Source: an uncultured Acidobacteriota bacterium (GTDB taxonomy: Bacteria > Acidobacteriota > Vicinamibacteria > Vicinamibacterales > UBA823). From it: a DNA stretch of 64,000 bases. Below are positions 53,835-62,895 of this stretch, piece by piece; position 1 is the stretch's first letter; each line of letters begins with the position of its first letter. A program made the position numbers and the translations under genes. The stretch spans positions 161 through 64,160 of the forward strand of contig CAJXDY010000008.1 in NCBI GenBank assembly GCA_913052135.1. Direction: 5' to 3'. The notes under the pieces were generated by a model that worked only from the letters and a program-made list of their open reading frames with translations, was not told the origin of the DNA and did not search any database.

Positions 53835-55649
53835 GTGACAAATCTATGCACTCGCCTAAGTGTGACGGCGGTCATCATGCTCGCGGGGGTCGGTTGGACC
53901 GCAGCGGTGGCGGCGCAAGAGGTGGCTTATACCGTCGCGATGCCGCAGCTGACGACGGGTCTGTTGCATGTGACACTGGACATTCGAAACGTACCGGATG
54001 ACACGCTTGAGGTCGCGATGCCGGCGTGGTCGCCCGGTGGCTACGGACTGCACTGGGCTTCCAAAAACGTTCAAGAGTTGTGGGCGGAAGATGGCGAAGG
54101 GCAAGGCTTGGACGTGGTCCAGGTGGATACCAGCCGGTGGCGCATACGCCCAGTCCCATCAAGGGTTTACGTGCACTATAAGGTGTTCGTTGGCCAGCGT
54201 GCGATGGATGACTCGCACGCCAGAATCAGCGGGACGCGTTCATTAATGTACGTCGTGGGGCAAGCCCCATACCCGGCAGGTGGTCCGGTTACGATTACCG
54301 TCGATGGGCCAGACGGATGGACGTTTGCCACGGGTCTTGACGCGATCGCTCCCGGGGTCTTTACGGCTCCCGACTACGACACACTCATCGACTCACCGAT
54401 TGAACTCGCCGAACATTTAGATCAGTTTGCGTTCGAGGATCATGGGGCGCGCTACGAAATCGCGATCCGGAACCCGCACGGGTATGACCGAGATTTACTG
54501 CGGGACGAAATACAGGCCATCGTGGCTGAGCAGGTAGAAATGATGGGCAGTGCGCCATTCGACCGCTATGTCTTTCTGCTCACGGGACAAAACCGTCGCG
54601 GCGGTGGCCTTGAGCATCTGAACTCGACGACGATCAGTTTCAAACGCTTCGATAGCTTAACCTCAGCGGATTATCACCGTCTGCAATTCCTCATTGCTCA
54701 CGAGTTTTTCCATCTCTGGAATGTGAAACGTATCCGACCAGAGATTCTTGGGCCGTTTGATTACTCGGGACCGCAACACACACGCAATTTGTATGTGTCC
54801 GAAGGGATGTCCGACTATTACGGCTACCTGTCGGTGACGCGTGCCGGCTTGTGGTCCCGGCAGGAATTCTACGCCGAGTTAGCCTCGGTCATCCGAACAC
54901 TTCAGCGTGCGCCGGGACGCCTGATTACGTCGGTTGAGTCGGCGAGTTGGAATACCTGGACGCGATCAGATAACGCCGCACACACTGGAATATCGTATTA
55001 CATCAAGGGAAGTCTCATCGGACTCCTTATCGATTTGGAGATGCGCGCACGCACGAACGGGCGCAAGAGTCTCGATGATGTGTTTCGCTATTTGTTGTCC
55101 GAGCATGGACATCCGAAGCCGGGCTTTGCTGAGCAGGGCGGCTTTCGTGAGGCAGTCGAAACGATTACCGCTGAAGGCGGTGGAGGATCGGACTTCTCAG
55201 CTTTCTTTCGCCGATACGTTTCGGGTGTCGAGGAGCTCAAGTACAACACTGCGCTGGGTCACGTCGGACTTCGGCTTGAGACCATTGAGGGGCCGGCGCG
55301 GCGCTCGCTTGGCGTTACGACCTCGGTTGATGCCGATCAACTCATCGTGACCGCGATGTCGCCGAGTGGGGCAGGCTATGAGGACGGGCTGATGGCGGGC
55401 GACATTCTATTGATGCTCGACGGTGATCGCGCCGTTCCCTCAACTCTGGAGGCGCGCCTGCAAGCCCACGCTGTGGGTGACCAGGTAGAGTTGCTGGTGG
55501 TTCGCGGCGATCGGCTGGTGACCGTTTTGGTGGAACTCCAAGAAGATCGGGAGACCACGTATCAGATTGTCGAGACTCCGAACGCCTCAGCCCGAGCCGT
55601 TTCGTTGCGGGATGCTTGGCTCGAGCCCTATGTGTCTCGTGTACACTAA
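53835..55649 (+). CDS. Secreted M61-family glycyl aminopeptidase-like metallopeptidase with a C-terminal PDZ domain
   Basis: GTG start after GAGGAGGAG, with a signal peptide. The zinc motif is LIAHEFFHLWNVKR, and the C-terminus is PDZ-like (GAGYEDGLMAGDILLMLDG). Confidence 0.8.
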   Translation: MTNLCTRLSVTAVIMLAGVGWTAAVAAQEVAYTVAMPQLTTGLLHVTLDIRNVPDDTLEVAMPAWSPGGYGLHWASKNVQELWAEDGEGQGLDVVQVDTSRWRIRPVPSRVYVHYKVFVGQRAMDDSHARISGTRSLMYVVGQAPYPAGGPVTITVDGPDGWTFATGLDAIAPGVFTAPDYDTLIDSPIELAEHLDQFAFEDHGARYEIAIRNPHGYDRDLLRDEIQAIVAEQVEMMGSAPFDRYVFLLTGQNRRGGGLEHLNSTTISFKRFDSLTSADYHRLQFLIAHEFFHLWNVKRIRPEILGPFDYSGPQHTRNLYVSEGMSDYYGYLSVTRAGLWSRQEFYAELASVIRTLQRAPGRLITSVESASWNTWTRSDNAAHTGISYYIKGSLIGLLIDLEMRARTNGRKSLDDVFRYLLSEHGHPKPGFAEQGGFREAVETITAEGGGGSDFSAFFRRYVSGVEELKYNTALGHVGLRLETIEGPARRSLGVTTSVDADQLIVTAMSPSGAGYEDGLMAGDILLMLDGDRAVPSTLEARLQAHAVGDQVELLVVRGDRLVTVLVELQEDRETTYQIVETPNASARAVSLRDAWLEPYVSRVH

Positions 55650-55659
55650 ATAGCTAGTG

Positions 55660-56115
55660 ATGAGCGTCAGGCATTACGAGGTGTACGTTTTGGTGACCGC
55701 GGTCTTGTGCACTGCGTGTGGAGGAGGCACGGGAACGAGCCCAACCGCACCCACCTCGACTGCCTCCTCGTCTAACCCAACGGTGGCTTTTAGTGCGACT
55801 GATTTGACGGTGACGACTGGAGCGCAGGCGGCCAACGGTGACAGTTTGACGGTGACTTACTTTGGCTGGTTGTATGACCAGGCGGCGCCAGAGAACAAAG
55901 GCTTGTTGTTCGATTCCGCTAGTGATGGCTTTACTTTTGTGCTCGGTGCCGGTCAGGTGATCACAGGCTGGGACCAGGGCCTCGTGGGCATACGGGTCGA
56001 CGCGAAGCGCCGCTTGATCATTCCACCGTCGATGGCGTATGGCGCGAGCGGGGCTGGCAGTATTCCTGGCAACGCGACTCTCCTATTTGAGGTGGTCTTA
56101 GTGAGTATTCAGTAA
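55660..56115 (+). CDS. Lipoprotein FKBP-type peptidyl-prolyl cis-trans isomerase
   Basis: The lipobox is LCTAC. The FKBP core is VTYFGWLYD...FDSASDGFTFVLGAGQVITGWDQGLVGIRV...IPPSMAYG...IPGNATLLFEVVLVS. Confidence 0.85.
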   Translation: MSVRHYEVYVLVTAVLCTACGGGTGTSPTAPTSTASSSNPTVAFSATDLTVTTGAQAANGDSLTVTYFGWLYDQAAPENKGLLFDSASDGFTFVLGAGQVITGWDQGLVGIRVDAKRRLIIPPSMAYGASGAGSIPGNATLLFEVVLVSIQ

Positions 56116-56150
56116 GCGCCACCACAGACAGTATCGGCCACGTGCCAGCT

Positions 56151-57599
56151 TCACTCGAAGTACTTCTTAACGATCCAATCCGGTTGCCACTGATCTGGAA
56201 ATCGGTCGGCATCGCTCAGGTCGATGGTGGTCGGTTGCGGTGATGTCACGGTAAGCGCTTGAGTATCTCCGAGTTGTTGCTGCCAGTCTTGTAGTAGTGC
56301 GGTGAGAGCGGTGATGCGCTCTGTGTGCGCACCGTCGTTAGCTAAGTTGTGGAGTTCATCAGGGTCGGTCTGCAAATCGAACAGTTGCGTATGGTCAATC
56401 TGAGGATACCGAATGAGTTTGTACCGATTGTCGCGCACGGCGCGTGCCACATCACGGTACGCCAGAAAGAGTGAGTCTCGAATTGATTCCTGTGTGCCCT
56501 GCCAGAGGCTCGACAGGTCGTGTCCATCGATCGCGTCGAGTGGAGGGGTGTTCGTGAGCCTACTGATGGTCGGTACGAGATCGAAAAGATAAGTGAGTGC
56601 TGTAGTTTCGCCGTGTGGGACGTCCGGGCCGAGAATGATCAAGGGGCTTTGCTGGCTATGTTCGTACACGGACTGCTTGCCGAGCAACCCATGTGAGCCG
56701 AGGGCGAGTCCATGGTCAGCGGCGTAGATGACATATGTATTGTCAGCATAATCTGATTGAGCGAGGACATCGAGGATGCGTCCCACTTCGGCATCGAGAT
56801 GGGTGATGAGACCGTAGTACTCGGCTAATTGGTCCTGGATCACTTCCGGGGTACGCGGCCAGGCGGCCAGTCGTTCATCGCGGCCCTCTAGGTCGCTGTC
56901 GCTATTGTTGAAGGGATGTTGCGGTAAAAAGTTTGCCGGGAGTGGCGGCGGATTCTGGTAATACTGATTCCGATACGAGACGGGTGGCTGTCGCGGATCG
57001 TGCGGTGCGGTGAAAGCGACATAGGCATAAAACGGCGCCTCTTCCTCATAAGTTTGCAAGAAGTCAATGACGGCGTCGGCAAACACGGTACTGGAAAAGC
57101 CGTCGACGCGGTCGTTGACCAAGTTGCCATCTTCGTCGAGATCCTGCAGCGGCACTAGGGTATGGTCACTCATACCGCCGAAGAATACGGCCGTGCCACG
57201 TTGAAAACTTCGCAGCCAGGAGGCTGGGCCGTTGTGCCACTTCCCGGTCGCGAAGGTGGTGTACCCTTCGGCGCCGAGCACTTCGGGCAGTAATACCGTG
57301 TCACGTAAATCGGGTTCTAGGCGAAAGTAACTTTTCCCGCTGTTGACCATCGCGCGACTGGGGATACACACGGCCCCATGCATGCTGCCCAAATTGTAGT
57401 TGGCGCGGAAGCTGAATCCCTCGCGAGCTAATTGATCAAGATGGGGTGTTTCGATATAAGGATTCCCCCATGCCCCAATCGTATCGGCGCGTTGATCGTC
57501 CGCGAATAAAAATAAAATATTCGGCCTTGAGGGTGTCACGGTTGTGCATCCAAGGGCGAGAAGGATCGGAGCAAACCAGCAGAGCTTGCGTGTGTGCAT
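56151..57599 (-). CDS. Lipoprotein sulfatase (Cys-type)
   Basis: 482-aa ORF with lipobox LALGC, PNILFLFADDQRAD and the signature VCIPSRAMVNSG (CxPxR). Confidence 0.85.
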   Translation of the reverse strand: MHTRKLCWFAPILLALGCTTVTPSRPNILFLFADDQRADTIGAWGNPYIETPHLDQLAREGFSFRANYNLGSMHGAVCIPSRAMVNSGKSYFRLEPDLRDTVLLPEVLGAEGYTTFATGKWHNGPASWLRSFQRGTAVFFGGMSDHTLVPLQDLDEDGNLVNDRVDGFSSTVFADAVIDFLQTYEEEAPFYAYVAFTAPHDPRQPPVSYRNQYYQNPPPLPANFLPQHPFNNSDSDLEGRDERLAAWPRTPEVIQDQLAEYYGLITHLDAEVGRILDVLAQSDYADNTYVIYAADHGLALGSHGLLGKQSVYEHSQQSPLIILGPDVPHGETTALTYLFDLVPTISRLTNTPPLDAIDGHDLSSLWQGTQESIRDSLFLAYRDVARAVRDNRYKLIRYPQIDHTQLFDLQTDPDELHNLANDGAHTERITALTALLQDWQQQLGDTQALTVTSPQPTTIDLSDADRFPDQWQPDWIVKKYFE

Positions 57600-57612
57600 G
57601 GGCGTCTTCTTT

Positions 57613-58416
57613 TTAAGTTAGGTTTCGCGTTGCGAGGATTTCCCTTACTGACGTCCGATCGCCATTTGCGCTAATGCGTCGTGGCGCATCGAGATACCGT
57701 ATCGTATAGTCGAGTCGACGATAGAGTGCGCAGATGCGGCGCGTAGCCTGGTTCACGAGTATCACTGGTCCCGAGTGCTCAACGAGCCATTCCGCGGTTC
57801 TCACCTGGTCGTCCCACGTGAAACCTTCTTTTGCATAAGCCGTAAACTGCACATCGTATGGCGGGTCGGCGTAGACAAAATCTGTCGGCTGGAGTGCGAG
57901 ATCGGAAAAGTCTTCACTAGTCAATTTCCAATGGTTGAAGATCTTTCGATAGGTCAGAAAGTCGTGGGCGTAGTGGATGGTTTTATATCGACCAAAGGGC
58001 ACGTTGAATTCGTCACGTCGATTGAAGCGACATAATCCGTTGTAGCCCGTGCGGTTTAAATAATAGAACAGCGAGGCGGCTTCACGGGTGTGACTCTTGC
58101 CGTCACGGACCAGGGCATTAAACCGTGTCCGGTGTCCGGTGAAGAGCGCGGCATCATTCTTCATCGCGATCTCACACTTAAGGCCTTTCTTCAACCAACG
58201 ATAGAAATTCATCAAGTGTGGATTCACATCGTTGATGAGCGCCCGTCGTGGTTTAAGTCCAAGTGTGACCGCGAGGCCTCCACAGAACGGTTCTACTAGG
58301 CGACACTGTGTGTGGCCTGTCCAGAGCGGAAGCAGTTGGGGTAATTGCCAGCGTTTTCCACCTGCCCACTTTAACGGTGGTGATGTGGGGTCGCTGGTGA
58401 AGGTTACTGGAGGCAT
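57613..58416 (-). CDS. dam: Dam-class (D12, alpha-group) N6-adenine DNA methyltransferase, orphan
   Basis: The protein has PLKWAGGKRW, the AdoMet motif VEPFCGGLAV and the catalytic YADPPYD. The start is ATG 58416 (MPPVTF...) or GTG 58449. The stop lies 13 nt upstream of the sulfatase start. Confidence 0.85.
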   Translation of the reverse strand: MPPVTFTSDPTSPPLKWAGGKRWQLPQLLPLWTGHTQCRLVEPFCGGLAVTLGLKPRRALINDVNPHLMNFYRWLKKGLKCEIAMKNDAALFTGHRTRFNALVRDGKSHTREAASLFYYLNRTGYNGLCRFNRRDEFNVPFGRYKTIHYAHDFLTYRKIFNHWKLTSEDFSDLALQPTDFVYADPPYDVQFTAYAKEGFTWDDQVRTAEWLVEHSGPVILVNQATRRICALYRRLDYTIRYLDAPRRISANGDRTSVREILATRNLT

Positions 58417-58549
58417 GTCTTTACTAGTATTCTCGAAAACTCGGCACACTGCACGCTGTTCGTGCTCCAGAACCGACGACTTACGATAGGATCGTAATTA
58501 TGTAGCACGGTGTGAGGGGGTCTGTTCGCAGCACTAAGGAGGGTCAGCG

Positions 58550-59353
58550 ATGTTGTTTCGCCTGCAGTTTGCTCGTGTATGGACGCTTGCGTCCGTGTTG
58601 TGGCTTGGAGCGTGGTCGGTCGGCGCACAGACGGAACCACCACTCGTGTTCATTCTCGCAGGACAGTCGAACATGGTGGGCCAAGGTGTAACGGCCGAGT
58701 TAACTGCTGACCAGATGATCACACCACCCAATGTGACGTATCTCATGGAGACCGGTGAGACGGGGCTGTTCGATCGGGCTCGGTTCGGCCCCGAGGTTAG
58801 TCTGGTGCCGCGCTTGGCGCAGGCGTGGCCAGACCGCGAACTGATTTTTGTCAAACATGCAGTCGGAGGCACGTCACTGCTGGCGTGGGCTCCGGAGTGG
58901 GATGCTGCGCGAGCCGAACTCACTCGGAACGCGGAGGTCGGCCCGCTCTATACCCAACTGATCGCGATTCTCGACCGGCATGAGTTGCGCGGGGATGCCG
59001 AGATTGGGGCGGTGTTCTGGATGCAGGGGGAGTCGGATGCGCGGTATCCAGAAGTCGCTGCCGAATATTTTAATAATCTCACCACCCTCATTGCCGCCTT
59101 TCGAGACGATTTGCAGAATACCGAATTATTGTTCGTGATGGGGCGGGCCAATCCGAGTCCCGGGAGGTATACGGAGCTGCCAGTCGTGCAGCGTGCGCAG
59201 CAACGCACCGGCGACGAATTGGTAGCCGTTCGACTCATCGACACGGAGGGGCTGTCCAAACGTGACGACGGCGTGCATTACGATACTGCTGGCTTGCTTG
59301 AGCTCGGGCGCCGATTTGCAGCGACCTTGGCGGCCGAGATTCGTAGTCCTTGA
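58550..59353 (+). CDS. Secreted sialate O-acetylesterase-like (SASA/DUF303, SGNH-type) carbohydrate esterase
   Basis: RBS AGGAGGG is present, with a signal peptide. Family blocks are FILAGQSNMVGQG, FWMQGESD and GVHYD. Confidence 0.75.
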   Translation: MLFRLQFARVWTLASVLWLGAWSVGAQTEPPLVFILAGQSNMVGQGVTAELTADQMITPPNVTYLMETGETGLFDRARFGPEVSLVPRLAQAWPDRELIFVKHAVGGTSLLAWAPEWDAARAELTRNAEVGPLYTQLIAILDRHELRGDAEIGAVFWMQGESDARYPEVAAEYFNNLTTLIAAFRDDLQNTELLFVMGRANPSPGRYTELPVVQRAQQRTGDELVAVRLIDTEGLSKRDDGVHYDTAGLLELGRRFAATLAAEIRSP

Positions 59354-59361
59354 GTAACGAG

Positions 59362-59949
59362 ATGAAGCGAACCTTTGTCCTTTTGGTCGTCCTCAGTGTG
59401 CTTCCCGTCGGCTATCTGGTGGTAGGCCCCTATCTCACCCTTAATGCCATCCGAACGGCTCTGGAAACCGAAGACCTTGAGCGCTTGACTGAGTACGTGG
59501 ACTTTCCGGAGTTGCGGCGTAATGTTCAGTCCCAAGTCCAGGCATTACTGGCCAAGCGGAATCCCGCGGGTGATGACGCAGCCCGTAGCAGTGTCGTCGT
59601 GGGTGACGTCATCGTGGAGGCATTGGTCGAGCGGTTTGTGACACCGGAGACCATCCTCAGTTGGGCAGCGGGTGAATCAACGGTTCCAATCGTCACGGCA
59701 GAGACCTCCGCGAACGCTGATGACAGCGTGGTCACGCCGGAGACGCCACCGCCGGCCAAGACTTTCTTTGAAGGCGTCCGCACAAGTTACGAGTCGATCA
59801 GCCGCTTTGCGATCTGGGTGTCGAACGACCGGGACGAGGAGGTGGGCTTTATCCTGACGCGGCGTGGGTTTACCTGGAAACTGACCGATATCATCCTGCC
59901 AGAGCACGAATTGCAACAACGCGCCCTCATCGGTTGGAGTGGTTTGTAA
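59362..59949 (+). CDS. DUF2939-like membrane-anchored protein
   Basis: ATG 59362 (MKRTFVLLVVLSVLPVGYLVV); the track start TTG 59350 overlaps the upstream stop. The block LNAIRTALETEDLERLTEYVDFPELRRNVQSQV resembles DUF2939. Confidence 0.5.
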   Translation: MKRTFVLLVVLSVLPVGYLVVGPYLTLNAIRTALETEDLERLTEYVDFPELRRNVQSQVQALLAKRNPAGDDAARSSVVVGDVIVEALVERFVTPETILSWAAGESTVPIVTAETSANADDSVVTPETPPPAKTFFEGVRTSYESISRFAIWVSNDRDEEVGFILTRRGFTWKLTDIILPEHELQQRALIGWSGL

Positions 59950-60031
59950 AAAGGACACGGAGGGGCGTACTCCTTTTAAAACTTTACGTCGTCTTTCTGA
60001 TAGAGTCTGTTTTTTAAAGCGAGGTGTGATT

Positions 60032-61084
60032 ATGTTGCAGGCAAGCCGAGTTATATGCGTGATTCTGTTCACCGTTCTCGCGTGGACTGGTACGGAACGT
60101 GAAGTGGGTGGGCAAGCGCTCCCAAATCCGTATCGTGCCGTTGATGGCTGGGTGAAACTGCCGGATGGACGGCAGATGGGCGCTGTTGGGGGTGTCACGA
60201 TTGAGCCAGGCGGTGAGTATATTTGGGCGGTGGTCCGGTGTGATGCAACCGCACCTGAACGTTTTGGAAATGAGTGTCTTGATTCGGATCTGGACCCCGT
60301 GCTGAAGTTTAATCTTGACGGTGAGGTGGTGCAGAGTTTTGGTGGAGGAATGTTCATCTGGCCTCACGGAATCGATGTTGATCAAGATGGCAATGTCTGG
60401 GTGACCGATGCGGTGAGTGCGGAACGAACACCCGAGGGGACACGAGGACACCAGGTGATCAAATTTAGCCAGGCGGGAGAGGTGTTAATGACGCTGGGCA
60501 CTCCTGGCATGCCCGGAGACGGACTCGATCATTTCAATGGTCCCAGTGACGTTGTGGTGGCTGACAACGGTGACATTTTTGTTGGGGATGGGCATGGAGA
60601 TGAGACGAATAACCGCGTGATGAAGTTTGCAAGTGATGGGTCGTTCATTAAGACCTGGGGTCAGACTGGCTATGCGCCTGGTGAGTTTCGCAACCTGCAC
60701 GCATTGGCCATCGATTCGAATGGCAGACTCTTCGTGGGTGACCGGTCGAACAATCGCATTCAGATTTTCGATCAGGAAGGAAACGTTCTTGCCGTCTGGA
60801 CCCAGTTTGGCCGCCCGAGTGGAGTGTTCTTTGACGAGCATGGACGGGTCTACGTTGCTGATTCAGAGTCTGATGATCTCCAGAATCCTGGTTGGGAAAT
60901 GGGCATCAGAATTGGCGATGCGCAAACTGGGTGGATTTCAGAATTTATCCTCTATCCATGGGGCGATCCCCGGGATCCCGCAGGCAACGGGGCTGAGTTT
61001 GTGGCGGTCGATCGCCACGGCAACTTGTACGGTGGTGAACCTCGTCCTCGAAGGTTGCAGAAATATGTGAGAGTGAGACCGTAA
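60032..61084 (+). CDS. Secreted NHL-repeat six-bladed beta-propeller, peptidyl-alpha-hydroxyglycine alpha-amidating lyase (PAL)-like
   Basis: ATG 60032 follows GAGGTG, with a signal peptide. NHL blades are PHGIDVDQDGNVWVTD, PSDVVVADNGDIFVGDGHG..NNRVMKF, LHALAIDSNGRLFVGDRSNNRIQIF and PSGVFFDEHGRVYVADSES. Confidence 0.75.
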   Translation: MLQASRVICVILFTVLAWTGTEREVGGQALPNPYRAVDGWVKLPDGRQMGAVGGVTIEPGGEYIWAVVRCDATAPERFGNECLDSDLDPVLKFNLDGEVVQSFGGGMFIWPHGIDVDQDGNVWVTDAVSAERTPEGTRGHQVIKFSQAGEVLMTLGTPGMPGDGLDHFNGPSDVVVADNGDIFVGDGHGDETNNRVMKFASDGSFIKTWGQTGYAPGEFRNLHALAIDSNGRLFVGDRSNNRIQIFDQEGNVLAVWTQFGRPSGVFFDEHGRVYVADSESDDLQNPGWEMGIRIGDAQTGWISEFILYPWGDPRDPAGNGAEFVAVDRHGNLYGGEPRPRRLQKYVRVRP

Positions 61085-61119
61085 GAGACCATTTTTTTGA
61101 CATATCGGTGGATGGTCTC
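61085..61119. terminator. Possible hairpin between convergent genes
   Basis: gagaccat (61085-61092) pairs with atggtctc (61112-61119) around a 19-nt T-rich loop, immediately after the stop at 61084. The loop is long and the stem is only 8 bp. Confidence 0.3.
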
Positions 61120-61165
61120 GATGGGTGGGTACTTATTTGCACGGATGTTGGGGTTAAAGAAGGGA

Positions 61166-61636
61166 TCACTCGATGCGTCGGTAGGTCGCATGACTCACGC
61201 GGACGATATTGCCGTTTTCGTCCAGTCGGACGTACTCATTGTTGATGGTATCCCCGCCTTCTAAGAGGGTATTGATGATCACTTGGTAGACTCGACCGTT
61301 CCTTGCGTTGGAGATTCGAGTGGTTCTTTCGTTGATTGTCTCGACGGCCGTTTCGGCAGACTCCTGGCCTGCGACAGGGCGGAAAACTCCATCGAACAAC
61401 GTGACATAACTCCATGTTGACTCTCGCCCCGTGGCATTGGTGGATTCAACCGTGATTCGCATGCCACCATCCTCGTAGGGTTCATAGGTCATGATGTTGT
61501 TTGAAGGTGGTGGCGCGGTCGAGTCTAGCTTCCACACACCGAATCGCGGATTGGAAGCCTGTGTAGGCATGTGTGCGGCGGTGATGAGTCCGGTGGTGGC
61601 GAGGCCAAACGTAATTGCCAGAATAAGCCTTCTCAT
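61166..61636 (-). CDS. Hypothetical small secreted protein (beta-rich, lipocalin-like by composition)
   Basis: 156-aa ORF with signal peptide MRRLILAITFGLATTGLITAAHMPTQA. I recognise no family. Confidence 0.45.
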   Translation of the reverse strand: MRRLILAITFGLATTGLITAAHMPTQASNPRFGVWKLDSTAPPPSNNIMTYEPYEDGGMRITVESTNATGRESTWSYVTLFDGVFRPVAGQESAETAVETINERTTRISNARNGRVYQVIINTLLEGGDTINNEYVRLDENGNIVRVSHATYRRIE

Positions 61637-61701
61637 GTGTGACTCCTGTGTTTACAGATAGTGAAAGATTATTAGTTTAAGATGTCCGATCCACGACTAA
61701 A

Positions 61702-62871
61702 TCATGGCACCTCAGGAGACTGATAAATTATCCTAGGATTCTGCGCCGTGAACTTCTGTACGCGTCGACCAGTGGATGCTTCTCCCACATAAAGATTGCC
61801 TTGTGAATCGATACCCATACCGTGTGGTCGAATGAATTGACCTACCTGTCGCCCTCCTCGACCGAATTCTCCTACGATTTCGAGGTCACTCCGTCGGAGA
61901 ATCCAGACCTTGTGATTTGTGCCGTCAGCCAGGTAGAGCCAGCGCTGTTCTACGTCGGGAGATAGCGCGATAACAAACGCGGACCCAGATGCGCGGGTGA
62001 GTGGGGCTACAGTTTGCTCCACCACAAATTGGCCAGCGTAATCAAAGACTTGGATTCTGTTTCCACGCCGATCCGCTACGTAGATCAGTCCGTCGTTGGA
62101 ACCAACGAGGCCATGAACGGTGGAGAACTGCCGAGGCGGAGGTCCAAGGGGATCGCGGTCCCCGAAATCGTAGTCGTCATTCGGGAGTTCGCCGTAGGCA
62201 CCCCAATGCCGGAGATACTCCCCAGTGTCGCCATCGTAGACGACGACTCGACGATTCCGGTAACCGTCTGCAAAATAGGCTTCATTGGTGTCAGGGTCTA
62301 CCCAAATACCGGCAGGGCCGCCCAAAAGATTGGGGTCATTACTCCCACCATTGTCATCGTATCTACCTATGGTCATGACGAGTTGGCCATCCCGCGTAAA
62401 TTTCATAACTCGGTGATGCCGGTACGTGCCCACCCAAACGTAGTCGTTGTGGTCTACGAACAGCCCGTGCGCATTTCTAGGAAACTCAGACACATCCTGC
62501 GTAGACGAGTCGCCCCACCCCTGAACGACTTGACCCTCAGGGTCAAACTCGATAACAACAGGGGCTGGTACGCAGCAAGTACCGATGGGAGGTTTCTGAA
62601 CGAGGGCGGTCTCTTCCGGTGTAAGGGTTTCCGGCAAGTGCGTGACCCAGACATGGTCTTTGGCGTCCACGAACACGGCCGTCACAGCGCCGAGGATCCA
62701 CGAATTTGGCATTTCTCGAGGCCACGTGGGGTCGACTTGAAACGCTGGTGCCTCCGGCCGCCTATTTGGTGCTAGTGCACTAGTGGTGTCGGATTCTGGC
62801 CCGCAACCGATCAACGTGATGGAAACCAGGATTACCGAAGCGATGGTGACGGTCCGTCGACTAATTGGCAT
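61702..62871 (-). CDS. Lipoprotein NHL-repeat beta-propeller (PAL-like), paralog of 60032-61084
   Basis: The lipobox is TLIGC. NHL blades are AHGLFVDHNDYVWVGTYRHHRVMKF, PAGIWVDPDTNEAYFADGYRNRRVVVY, VHGLVGSNDGLIYVADRRGNRIQVF and PHGMGIDSQGNLYVGEASTGRRVQKF. Confidence 0.75.
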   Translation of the reverse strand: MPISRRTVTIASVILVSITLIGCGPESDTTSALAPNRRPEAPAFQVDPTWPREMPNSWILGAVTAVFVDAKDHVWVTHLPETLTPEETALVQKPPIGTCCVPAPVVIEFDPEGQVVQGWGDSSTQDVSEFPRNAHGLFVDHNDYVWVGTYRHHRVMKFTRDGQLVMTIGRYDDNGGSNDPNLLGGPAGIWVDPDTNEAYFADGYRNRRVVVYDGDTGEYLRHWGAYGELPNDDYDFGDRDPLGPPPRQFSTVHGLVGSNDGLIYVADRRGNRIQVFDYAGQFVVEQTVAPLTRASGSAFVIALSPDVEQRWLYLADGTNHKVWILRRSDLEIVGEFGRGGRQVGQFIRPHGMGIDSQGNLYVGEASTGRRVQKFTAQNPRIIYQSPEVP

Positions 62872-62895
62872 GGTTTGTTGACGAGGTGCGATGAG

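Noticed and set aside
57613-58449. Dam methyltransferase as part of a restriction-modification or other defence system
   Set aside because: No endonuclease, specificity, helicase or nuclease-like ORF is adjacent; the flanking genes are a sulfatase and an esterase. It is treated as an orphan methyltransferase instead.
59677-60357. 226-aa minus-strand ORF spanning the DUF2939-like and NHL gene starts
   Set aside because: It is antisense to two plus-strand genes that have signal peptides and RBSs, and its translation is Pro/Arg/Ser-rich.
62014-62775. 253-aa plus-strand ORF antisense to the NHL lipoprotein gene
   Set aside because: The minus-strand frame carries four clear NHL blades and a lipobox. 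The plus-strand ORF has no features.
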